This document shows, in pieces, positions 9,997 to 18,351 of a stretch of DNA of 64,000 nucleotides. The notes below the pieces were generated by a model. The model saw only the letters and a program-made list of their open reading frames with translations. It did no database searches and was not told the DNA's origin. The translations under genes and the position numbers were made by a program. Source of the DNA: a bacterium (lineage in GTDB: Bacteria > UBP13 > UBA5359); contig JAQUEL010000002.1 of assembly GCA_028685295.1 (NCBI GenBank), forward strand, positions 7,559-71,558, in the 5' to 3' direction. How positions within the stretch are numbered: the first letter of the stretch is position 1; each line of letters opens with the position of its first letter.

Positions 9997-11031
9997 TCAC
10001 CGCTTATTAATTTTGCCGGATTCTCTGGTCACCAGCTTCGGCTGTATAGTCAGCTGTTCCGGCGGCCTGGCAAGATCCTCTATCCTGGCTGTAAGCAGAG
10101 AGAGTATTCCAGCGGCAATATCTCTGATCCGAAGATCGAACGTCATCAGTGACGGCTTATAAAAAAGACTTTCCGGAGTATTGCCGAAACCGCAAACCGC
10201 AATATCCTCCGGTATGGATAGAGGACTCTCCTCAACGGCTCTCATAGCGCCAAAGGCTATCTGATCAGTACAACAGAAAACAGCCTCCGGTATCTTCTCG
10301 GATTTGAGAAGCTCGTTCATTCCCTGATATCCACTCATGGAAGTATCTTCCCGCAATAAAGCCTGCCTGCAGAAGACTGGTAGGCTTTTACTCGCCAGAA
10401 CGGTTGTTATGCCTTGCATCGCAGAAGATTCCAGATGAGCATTGGATGAGCAGAGATAGGCAATATCGTAGCGTCCCATTTCGACAAAATGCTCTGCCGC
10501 CATTAAAGCTGCCGCTTCCATATCAGTAATTACGCAATCATACTCTATACCGAAACGATTATAAATCACAAAAGGAATCGCCTGCATCAGCAAACGATCA
10601 ATAACAATCTGATAGTCGTCAGGTAAAATCCCCCCGGCCATAACAACCATACCATCTACCTTTCCGGCTATAACAGGCTCCAGATGGTTTTCCATACGGG
10701 CAATATCCCGGTAGTAAAAAGCTATAGCGGTATATCCATACTCTGACAGCCCCTCATCGAGAGCATCAAACAGGCTGCTGGATATATAATTGCCTATGTT
10801 CGGCAGGATAACACCTATTCTATATCTACGCTTAAGAGCACGTTGCCGAGCTGCCAGATTAGGGCTGTAGTCCAGGCTGGCAGCTACTTCCCTTACCCTG
10901 CGCTTGGTATCCTCACCAATATCCGGCTTATCACGAAGAGCACGTGAAACAGTATTTATCGATAAACCCGTCATTTCAGCAATATCTTTAAGCGTAGCTC
11001 TCCTTTGCTGCGATGAAGCACCCATTACCAT
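9997..11031 (-). CDS. LacI family transcriptional regulator
   Basis: TLKDIAEMTGLSINTVSRAL HTH, YSPNLAAR hinge, sugar-binding domain ending LVTRES. Confidence 0.92.
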   Translation of the reverse strand: MVMGASSQQRRATLKDIAEMTGLSINTVSRALRDKPDIGEDTKRRVREVAASLDYSPNLAARQRALKRRYRIGVILPNIGNYISSSLFDALDEGLSEYGYTAIAFYYRDIARMENHLEPVIAGKVDGMVVMAGGILPDDYQIVIDRLLMQAIPFVIYNRFGIEYDCVITDMEAAALMAAEHFVEMGRYDIAYLCSSNAHLESSAMQGITTVLASKSLPVFCRQALLREDTSMSGYQGMNELLKSEKIPEAVFCCTDQIAFGAMRAVEESPLSIPEDIAVCGFGNTPESLFYKPSLMTFDLRIRDIAAGILSLLTARIEDLARPPEQLTIQPKLVTRESGKINKR

Positions 11032-11041
11032 GACCTCGCTT

Positions 11042-11911
11042 CTAAGAATCCATGACCGGTGCTATAAGCTTGAAAGCCACTTCGCCCAACCTGATCCCCA
11101 GAGAGGCAGCCACCAGAGGACATTTAGCCCGTAACAGACAGTATATACGTCTGGGAGTGGATGATGACAGGCTCTCATAATGCCCGTGCCCCTTGCCGAT
11201 AACAATGTCGGCGCTATCGAAGATAGCACGGAATTCACGGCTGACATCTGCCAGAGGCGTGCCTATGCCGTTGCTGCCGCTGGTAATCACCCGGCAAAGC
11301 TTGTCCAGGCCGACGTAAGAAGCATCTTCCAGCGTGGAATCGTTAATGATAGGCCCATCTTTAACGGCATAGGTTAAATCCAAGCCGTAAGGCTCCAGTT
11401 CCTCTGCCAGTATCTTATCAAAAACTATTTCGCCGGTGTTATCGCCCAAAATAAGAAGACTACGAGCCGTTTTCAGGTCTGATAGCAGGGTATTATAATC
11501 ATCCACGGCAAAATCGCCCTCGGCTACCTCCGCCACAACCTCGGCCAGATCAAACTTCATACCTATGCCCAGGTCTATAATGTTACCGGCTACTGCCAGC
11601 TTTAGGGCGGTATGTAAACGATCAGAGCAATTTATCAGTAAATCACGGGCCTTCGGATAAAGCTCCAGTGCCAGATCGTTATACTTTCGCTTCATAGAGG
11701 CATAGGGATCAGGATTACCGGAAAGCTTCTCTATCATACGGTAAAGAGGCGTACATAAGGCCGTCGGTGTCAGGGATAGATCCATATTGCGTGAGTAATC
11801 ATGGGCCGCCGCCATAATCCTGGCTATAGTATCCTGATCATCGGTAGCCAGTCTGGCGGTATTGAGCGCCTGAGTCAAAATACAAGGCATACATTCAAAT
11901 CCGGCTTTCAT
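11042..11911 (-). CDS. ARMT1/DUF89 family damage-control phosphatase
   Basis: N-terminal C..C, AGNIID, DNTGE, NDST, GKGHGHYESL, LRAKC. Confidence 0.88.
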   Translation of the reverse strand: MKAGFECMPCILTQALNTARLATDDQDTIARIMAAAHDYSRNMDLSLTPTALCTPLYRMIEKLSGNPDPYASMKRKYNDLALELYPKARDLLINCSDRLHTALKLAVAGNIIDLGIGMKFDLAEVVAEVAEGDFAVDDYNTLLSDLKTARSLLILGDNTGEIVFDKILAEELEPYGLDLTYAVKDGPIINDSTLEDASYVGLDKLCRVITSGSNGIGTPLADVSREFRAIFDSADIVIGKGHGHYESLSSSTPRRIYCLLRAKCPLVAASLGIRLGEVAFKLIAPVMDS

Positions 11912-12024
11912 CGTAGCTGCTACTCCGTTGATTGCTCCGACATAGTGATAAATGTGCCGGGCAAGGACATTTTACCATGATGAGAGTAAAATGAAAAATT
12001 CCGCCCAGCTCTTCCCATATGAAG

Positions 12025-12162
12025 GGGGTCAGGAGTTTACCTCACTCATCAAGGAGTTATCAAGCTCTTTTATCGCTCTGCTTACGGTGACATAGTTGCT
12101 ATTCTTAAATGCCTGCCTATGGCGCTATTAATGCTAAATGTTAAATGTAAACTCCTGACCCC
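12025..12162. repeat. Perfect 16-bp inverted repeat pair (REP/MITE-like) overlapping the hypB 3' end
   Basis: GGGGTCAGGAGTTTAC at 12025-12040 and its exact reverse complement GTAAACTCCTGACCCC at 12147-12162. Confidence 0.75.
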
Positions 12163-12803
12163 ATGCTCTTCTCCCGCAGCCACCGGACCGCCGTATCTAT
12201 GCCTTCTCCGGTAGTGCAGGAGATATTGATGATAGGAGCTTCCTCATTGACGGCCCTGACAGCGGCGGAAAAGGCCTGCAGATTAAAATCTATAAGGGGT
12301 AAGAGATCGATTTTATTAAGAATAATAATATCGGCCTGAGCAAAAATCGCCGGATACTTGATAGGTTTGTCGTCACCCTCCGGAACACTGGCCACTACCA
12401 TATTAGCCGTTTCTCCCAGCCTGAAGTCGGTAGGGCAGATCAGATTACCTATGTTCTCTATAAAAAGATATCCCGGCCCTGATAATTTAAGATCGTCCAT
12501 AGCCCGATCTACCATGAAGGCGTCCAGATGACATGCCCCGCCGGTATTGATCTGAGTAACAGGCACACCGACGGCGGCAATACGGTCAGCGTCAATAGAG
12601 GAGGCAACATCTCCTTCGATAACTCCTCTGGAGAGCTCTGAGGGAATATTTTCCAGCAGGCGCATGATCAGACTGGTCTTGCCGGCACCGGGAGAGGCCA
12701 TAACATTGATCACCATCAGCTGAGATGCCTTAAATCTGGCTTTATTCCGCTCAGCCTGCTCATCGTTGGCGCTGAGGATAGATTTACGCACGCTAACTCT
12801 CAA
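12141..12803 (-). CDS. hypB: Hydrogenase nickel incorporation GTPase HypB
   Basis: SPGAGKT, EGD, TGGACH, ENIGNLICP, EGDDKPIKYP and NKID motifs. Confidence 0.96.
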   Translation of the reverse strand: MRVSVRKSILSANDEQAERNKARFKASQLMVINVMASPGAGKTSLIMRLLENIPSELSRGVIEGDVASSIDADRIAAVGVPVTQINTGGACHLDAFMVDRAMDDLKLSGPGYLFIENIGNLICPTDFRLGETANMVVASVPEGDDKPIKYPAIFAQADIIILNKIDLLPLIDFNLQAFSAAVRAVNEEAPIINISCTTGEGIDTAVRWLREKSMGSGVYI

Positions 12804-13147
12804 GATTCCACCTCTACACTGTCCAGATAAAGCGCTTTCCCGCCTTCAAGGCGATTGAAACCACCACAGGCGGAGCATTGCAGCGCCAGGCGTCCGTCCC
12901 CGGCATAATTCGTCTGCTTATCGCACTCTTTGCATATCAAATGGGCAGGCTCTATCACCAATCGTAAACAGGCCCCTTCGGCTGCCGTACATTTGCATAG
13001 TTCATTGAAATAAGCCGTCAGGCATTCCTCTTCCACACCAGCAAGCACACCGGCTACCACGGTGATGGCGGTAATCCGGCTATCTTTATCGGGCAGAGCC
13101 TCCAGAGCAGTATCCAGAACAGCCTGAGCTATGGCCGCCTCATGCAA
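12800..13147 (-). CDS. hypA: Hydrogenase nickel metallochaperone HypA
   Basis: N-terminal MHE Ni motif and two CxxC (CKEC, CSAC). Confidence 0.95.
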   Translation of the reverse strand: MHEAAIAQAVLDTALEALPDKDSRITAITVVAGVLAGVEEECLTAYFNELCKCTAAEGACLRLVIEPAHLICKECDKQTNYAGDGRLALQCSACGGFNRLEGGKALYLDSVEVES

Positions 13148-13453
13148 TCAGATCCCCCCTGGCAGACCGTGATTGGGGTTCATGGAGATACTCTTCTTGG
13201 GACAGATATCCGCACAATAACCACAGACAATGCATTTGTAGGGTTCCAATGTCCATGACCTGGGATCCTTGGACACGGTCAGGGCATTGGCTGGGCACTT
13301 ACGAGCACAAACGCCACAGAAGGTACAGGTTGATGGATCCATTTCCACATGTCCTCTGGATCCTGCAAAGGGAGCGCGGCGCTCTACCGGATAACACCTT
13401 GTCTCAGGCTTGCGCAGCACATTATTAATAACGCTTTTCAGCAAACTAACCAT
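13148..13453 (-). CDS. echF: Ech hydrogenase ferredoxin-like subunit EchF
   Basis: Two [4Fe-4S] motifs CTFCGVCARKCP and CIVCGYCADICP; operon position. Confidence 0.9.
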   Translation of the reverse strand: MVSLLKSVINNVLRKPETRCYPVERRAPFAGSRGHVEMDPSTCTFCGVCARKCPANALTVSKDPRSWTLEPYKCIVCGYCADICPKKSISMNPNHGLPGGI

Positions 13454-13468
13454 CTTTTAAGACTCCCA

Positions 13469-14551
13469 TCATCTCTCCGTGCAGCTTATACACGGATCGA
13501 TCGAAAGAACTATAACCGGCACGTTGGCCAGTTCGCAACCCGGCAGCATGGTCAGCAATGGAGCCATGTTGGCAAAGGTTGGGGTCCGCACCCGCAGACG
13601 CTCCAGGTTCTTGGTGCCGTCACCTTTGATATAATAGATGACTTCACCTCTGGGCTGCTCCACCCTGGATATGACTTCGCCCTCAGGATTACCTCTGGCA
13701 GGCACGGCAATATCGCCGGCGGGTATATCCCTGACAGCCTGGCGAACAATATCTATGGATTGATACATCTCCCTTATCCTGACCCGAGCACGAGCATAAG
13801 CATCACCGCCGGTTTCCGTAACGGGAGTTACCTTGATCTCTTTGTAGGCGGCATATCCTGTTTCTCGAAAATCTCTGGCAATGCCGCAGGCTCGGGCCAC
13901 AGGCCCGACACTTCCCAGATCATAAGCCTGTTCTGAAGTTATACGACCGGTACCTACCAGGCGCTGTTTAACACTGTAATCATCAAAGACCACCGGCCGA
14001 ATAATCTCTAAATCACGCTCCAGAACATCTACCGTCTTCAGCACTTCAGCCATAAGCTCTTCGGAGATATCGCGTCTGACGCCTCCTATGATGCAGGTGG
14101 AAATAATTACACGCCCGCCTGCAGTAGCTTCCATAATATCCATTACGGCCTCACGGCTGCGCCAGGATTGCATGAAGAGACTCTCAAAACCGAAAGAATC
14201 CGCCAGCAGCCCCAACCAGAGCAGATGGCTGTGCAGCCGATGCAATTCACTCCAGATAACTCTTAGATAGCGAGCGCGATCGGGCACAGTTACATCCATC
14301 AGCATCTCTATGCCCTGGCAGTATGCCAGAGCATGCATGAAACTACAGATACCGCAAATTCGCTCTACCAGGAAGATATTCTGCGTATATTCCTTCTTCT
14401 CGGCCAGCTTCTCTATGCCTCTATGGACATAACCTATGGCCGGAAGAGCCTCCACAACTTTTTCATCCTCCAGCACCAACCGGAGCTGTAGCGGCTCTGG
14501 AAAAACGGGATGCTGTGGTCCAAAAGGTATTATCGACTTACTTCCGGGCAT
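13469..14551 (-). CDS. echE: Ech [NiFe]-hydrogenase large subunit EchE (group 4)
   Basis: FGPQHP, L1 RICGIC, L2 DPCISCTER ending at the terminus with no cleavable extension. Confidence 0.95.
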   Translation of the reverse strand: MPGSKSIIPFGPQHPVFPEPLQLRLVLEDEKVVEALPAIGYVHRGIEKLAEKKEYTQNIFLVERICGICSFMHALAYCQGIEMLMDVTVPDRARYLRVIWSELHRLHSHLLWLGLLADSFGFESLFMQSWRSREAVMDIMEATAGGRVIISTCIIGGVRRDISEELMAEVLKTVDVLERDLEIIRPVVFDDYSVKQRLVGTGRITSEQAYDLGSVGPVARACGIARDFRETGYAAYKEIKVTPVTETGGDAYARARVRIREMYQSIDIVRQAVRDIPAGDIAVPARGNPEGEVISRVEQPRGEVIYYIKGDGTKNLERLRVRTPTFANMAPLLTMLPGCELANVPVIVLSIDPCISCTER

Positions 14552-14956
14552 CTATTTATCCTCCTCTTCCGGAGCTCCCTGTAATCGAATATCTATAGCT
14601 CTGGAACACCCTTCTCTGCCCATGGGAGCTACGGGAGCATCCTCAGTTAGAAGAAATCTGCCGCCGTAATCTATGACCAGGTCCCTGATGGGAATGGAAA
14701 AAAGGTCCTTGATCTCATTCTCCACCAATAATGCGGCAAAGAAGATGGAAGATATACTGGGCAATTCTTCGCCTTTCTTCAAATACAGACGCAGATTACA
14801 AAGCTCATAATCCTTATCAAAATGGTATAGGATATCGTAACCATCCCCTATATCGGTGCAGGTCATAGTCGCAAAACGATATCTCTGTCTATATTTACCG
14901 GCGACTTCCTGCAGAAGCCTGTCCGGACTCACTGCTACCGTATTCATCAAACTCAT
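14552..14956 (-). CDS. echD: Ech hydrogenase subunit EchD (NuoC-like)
   Basis: YHFD, SISSIF..A.LVENEIKDLF patterns. Start set at ATG 14956 after AGGAG. Confidence 0.88.
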   Translation of the reverse strand: MSLMNTVAVSPDRLLQEVAGKYRQRYRFATMTCTDIGDGYDILYHFDKDYELCNLRLYLKKGEELPSISSIFFAALLVENEIKDLFSIPIRDLVIDYGGRFLLTEDAPVAPMGREGCSRAIDIRLQGAPEEEDK

Positions 14957-14984
14957 TTCATCTCTCCTATGCAAAACCGCTTCT

Positions 14985-15464
14985 TCAAACCTTTTCCGGC
15001 TCACTTACAGGCTGAAGCGTCAGCCGCACTTCAGCACCGGCATGGCGATCTTTCTGATGCACATTCAGAAGCCTGGCCGCCTGCAGTATGCCATCCATGA
15101 TAGCCTCCGGGCGAGGCGGACAGCCAGGTACAAGCACATCTACCGGAATGACCTGATTCACTCCACCCAACACGTTATAGCAATCGGCCATAATACCGCC
15201 GGTAGCGCCACAAGCTCCCAGAGCCACCACTGCTTTGGGAGAGGGCATTTGCTCATAAACGTTCTTCAAAACTCTGACATTGCGGTGATTCACCGCTCCA
15301 CTTACCACCAGGATATCAGCATGCTTAGGGTTTCCCACATGCACAATCCCAAAACGCTCAACATCATATATAGGTGTCAGGCAAGCTAAAAATTCTATAT
15401 CACATCCATTGCAGCTGTTGCAATTAAAATGGACTATCCAGGGTGATTTCTCCCGACAATTCAT
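14985..15464 (-). CDS. echC: Ech hydrogenase small subunit EchC
   Basis: KSPW..H.NCNSCNGCDIE, GACG and PGCPPRP. Confidence 0.95.
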   Translation of the reverse strand: MNCREKSPWIVHFNCNSCNGCDIEFLACLTPIYDVERFGIVHVGNPKHADILVVSGAVNHRNVRVLKNVYEQMPSPKAVVALGACGATGGIMADCYNVLGGVNQVIPVDVLVPGCPPRPEAIMDGILQAARLLNVHQKDRHAGAEVRLTLQPVSEPEKV

Positions 15465-15485
15465 AAGATAAGCACTCCTAAAGAT

Positions 15486-16340
15486 TTAAATATACAGCCA
15501 TAACACATTGGTAACTGCCAGGCCCAGGGCTACCGTCCACATAAACCTGAGCATCCACGGCCAGGTTAGCCTGGCCATAATGTTATCCAGCAGTATTTCA
15601 CAGAAAAAACAGACCGCCGCTATCAGCAGTCCAACCGGGATACTGGTGGCCCAGAACATCGTTATAATAAAGAAGAGCAGAAATATTTCATACCAATGCG
15701 TAATTTCCAGAATAGCCAGAAAGGGGCCTGAATATTCCAGGGTAATGCCTTTGATTATCTCCTGATGTCCGTGATGTGAAGTGGAAAAATCAAAGGGTGA
15801 TTTCTGCAGTTTTATAGCCATTACCATCAAAAAGGCCGGAAAAATAAGCGGTAAAGATAGAAGAAGCGGCTTGCCGGAAGCCAGGATATCTCGTGCCATG
15901 AAACTATCGTTAATCAGATATATACCTACAAGCATCAGAATTAAAATCGGCTCATAGGAGAGCATCTGCATGATCTCTCTCTGGCTTCCTATTCTGCTGT
16001 AAGGTGAGCGCACGCTCATTCCACCCAGGATCAAGGATATAGTGGAAAAAGCCAGAATAAAGAGCGCCATCAGCATATCCTGACCAAGGGCCAGCAGAAC
16101 CACACAGAGAACCATAAATATCAGATGAAGGCCGGCATAGATTATTTGCACTCTGTTGACAACAATGGGTTCCTTATGCAGCAGTTTGATAACATCATAG
16201 ATAGGCTGTAGTAATGGAGGACCGATCCTGCTCTGCATTCTGGCCGTAAGCTTGCGATCGAGCCCCACCAAAAATGCGCCTATAAACGGTACTGCGAATA
16301 TGGCCAGAAGAGCTGTAATTACCGGATCAATCATGATCAC
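15486..16340 (-). CDS. echB: Ech hydrogenase membrane subunit EchB (NuoH-like)
   Basis: DRKLTARMQSRIGPP, SYE, KSPFD and EYSG motifs; hydrophobic. Confidence 0.93.
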   Translation of the reverse strand: MIMIDPVITALLAIFAVPFIGAFLVGLDRKLTARMQSRIGPPLLQPIYDVIKLLHKEPIVVNRVQIIYAGLHLIFMVLCVVLLALGQDMLMALFILAFSTISLILGGMSVRSPYSRIGSQREIMQMLSYEPILILMLVGIYLINDSFMARDILASGKPLLLSLPLIFPAFLMVMAIKLQKSPFDFSTSHHGHQEIIKGITLEYSGPFLAILEITHWYEIFLLFFIITMFWATSIPVGLLIAAVCFFCEILLDNIMARLTWPWMLRFMWTVALGLAVTNVLWLYI

Positions 16341-18241
16341 TTACTTATCACCCCAAACATTATAAATATCAGCGCTATAGCTATCGGGTTGGCCCAGGCC
16401 GTAAGATGAGCTTCGCCGAAAAGCGGGTTCAGATAGTAGCTCCTGATACGAGCAGATTCCCCTTTATCCATCAGAGTTCTGAACTCAAAGGTGGTTTTTG
16501 CGCCCTCTAAATTCTCGCCACAGAGAAAGGGCTGCCGGATATGGCTTTTTTTGATGCCTCTAACCACCAAAAAAAGTACCGGCACCACCAGTGCCAGCAT
16601 GAAAAAAAGCGGCCACTCAATAAAGGCACTGGCGGAATTCATTAGATCCCAAGAACGGGAAGTTACCACTGTTTCGGAGAACATCGCCATGGCCATAGGG
16701 CTTATTACTCGCTTGAACAGTGGAACAACAACTGCAGCAGCAGCAATAATTCCCAGCAACAAAACACCCTTAGTAGCAAACATAGAGAAGGGAACATCTT
16801 CAATCTTATAAACGGGATGATAGGCCACCGTTTGTATTCTTCCTATCCATTTGGACCAGAACACCACTGTCAAAGCGCTGCCCATAATCAGCAAAAAGAG
16901 GACCAGCGGCGACATAATGACTGCTTCCAAAGCCATCCACTTGCCGATAAGCATACCAAAAGGAGGCATCATCATGGAAACCATACCGATTATGGCGATA
17001 ACGGTTGTTATAGGCATCTTCCGCATCAGCCCCTCCATATCCTCGATATCACGGCTACCTATACCCTGCTCTATCGTTCCCACACACAGAAAGAGCATCG
17101 CCTTGGAAATTGCATGGAAGCAGGTAAGCAGGATAGCTGCCGCATAAGCCAGAGGCGTATGGATAGCGGCACAAATAATTATAAGCCCAAGGTTGGCTAT
17201 GGTTGAATAAGCCAGAACCTTCTTCCCGTTGCTCTGGCTGATCGCCATGGCGGAAGCAAGAGCAAAAGTGAAAGCACCAGCTATAGCCACTACCTGTCCC
17301 ATCCTGGTGCCGCCCAGCCCCGGAGCCAGGCGAATGATGAGGTAGACACCGGCTTTGACCATGGTAGTGGAGTGAAGTAGAGCGGATACAGGTGTCGGCG
17401 CTACCATGGCCCCCAGCAGCCAGCTTTGGAAAGGCAATTGTGCCGATTTGGTAAAAGCGGCCAGGCAGATCAATGCCAGCGGCAGCAGAGAGCCAACAGC
17501 TACAAGCTCGTCCAAACTTGCCGAGCCACTGGCAGATATGCTGAGAAATGAAGCCAGCATCAACGCTGCGCCACCCAAAGAATTTATCCATAATGCTCTG
17601 TAGGCACTCTCTCCGGCATCCTCGGTCTTATCGTGACCGATAAGCATGAAGGAGCAGAGCGTCGTCAATTCCCAGAAGATAGCCAGTAATTTCAGATCAT
17701 TGGACATGACCAGGCCGTTCATCACTCCCAGAAAACCTATCAAAAAGAAAAAGAAAAGTCCGGTGCTTCTCATCTGCTCCGGACCATGCACTTCATACCG
17801 TTTCATATAGCCGATAGCATACATAACAATCAGAGGCCCGATGACGGAAACTATAAGCACCATAATCACAGCGAGAAGGTCCACCTTTAGCGTGGGCACA
17901 TGTGCCTGTACTGAGTGCGGCAGCATATCCGAAATAAGACCTATAGCCAACTGGAGAATCCCCAGACCGATAATCAGCATTTTTTTAATGGCAAAGCCTA
18001 TATAAATAATGATGGCGAGAATCAGCAATTCAATCAGCGGCAGAGCCTTCATCAAACCGCTATCAATAGAGAGTGTGAATGGGCCTTGCAAAGCTAGAAG
18101 AATACCGCCTGCCATTATTGTCAAAGCAGATAAAACGATCACAGGTGTCTTGTATCGCCAGCCGGGAGCCAGCATGACTAGCAAGCCAAAAATTAACGGA
18201 CCGAAAATTAACAATAAAGACAAAAAAGTGTACAAATGCAT
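16337..18241 (-). CDS. echA: Ech hydrogenase antiporter-like subunit EchA (NuoL/MrpA-like)
   Basis: WELTT, KSAQLPF..WL..AM.APTPVSALLHSTTMVKAGVY and LAYST motifs. Confidence 0.94.
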   Translation of the reverse strand: MHLYTFLSLLLIFGPLIFGLLVMLAPGWRYKTPVIVLSALTIMAGGILLALQGPFTLSIDSGLMKALPLIELLILAIIIYIGFAIKKMLIIGLGILQLAIGLISDMLPHSVQAHVPTLKVDLLAVIMVLIVSVIGPLIVMYAIGYMKRYEVHGPEQMRSTGLFFFFLIGFLGVMNGLVMSNDLKLLAIFWELTTLCSFMLIGHDKTEDAGESAYRALWINSLGGAALMLASFLSISASGSASLDELVAVGSLLPLALICLAAFTKSAQLPFQSWLLGAMVAPTPVSALLHSTTMVKAGVYLIIRLAPGLGGTRMGQVVAIAGAFTFALASAMAISQSNGKKVLAYSTIANLGLIIICAAIHTPLAYAAAILLTCFHAISKAMLFLCVGTIEQGIGSRDIEDMEGLMRKMPITTVIAIIGMVSMMMPPFGMLIGKWMALEAVIMSPLVLFLLIMGSALTVVFWSKWIGRIQTVAYHPVYKIEDVPFSMFATKGVLLLGIIAAAAVVVPLFKRVISPMAMAMFSETVVTSRSWDLMNSASAFIEWPLFFMLALVVPVLFLVVRGIKKSHIRQPFLCGENLEGAKTTFEFRTLMDKGESARIRSYYLNPLFGEAHLTAWANPIAIALIFIMFGVISK

Positions 18242-18263
18242 GGCCTTCTCCTAATAACGACAT

Positions 18264-18322
18264 AAAAAAACCTGTCACGGCCCACTCATTAAGAAGCCGA
18301 CAAGGTAGCGTAATACACCGCT
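18264..18322 (-). ncRNA. Structured ech leader with intrinsic terminator; candidate Na+-I (DUF1646) riboswitch
   Basis: Minus strand AGCGGTGTATTACGCT hairpin, then CCTTGTCGGCT...GAGTGGGCCGTGACAGG followed by T7. The GGTG / CGG / AGTGGGCC elements match my recollection of the DUF1646 motif; this was not checked with a covariance model. Confidence 0.5.
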
Positions 18323-18351
18323 ATTTTACCTTGCCGATGCAGCCGTGTCAA
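18323..18351 (-). promoter_or_regulatory. Sigma70-type promoter of the ech operon
   Basis: Minus strand TTGACA (18351-18346), 17-nt spacer, TAAAAT (18328-18323), directly after the upstream stop codon. Confidence 0.8.

Noticed and set aside
13469-14551. EchE as complex I subunit NuoD
   Set aside because: Both Ni-binding CxxC motifs are intact and hypAB are adjacent, so it is a true [NiFe] large subunit.
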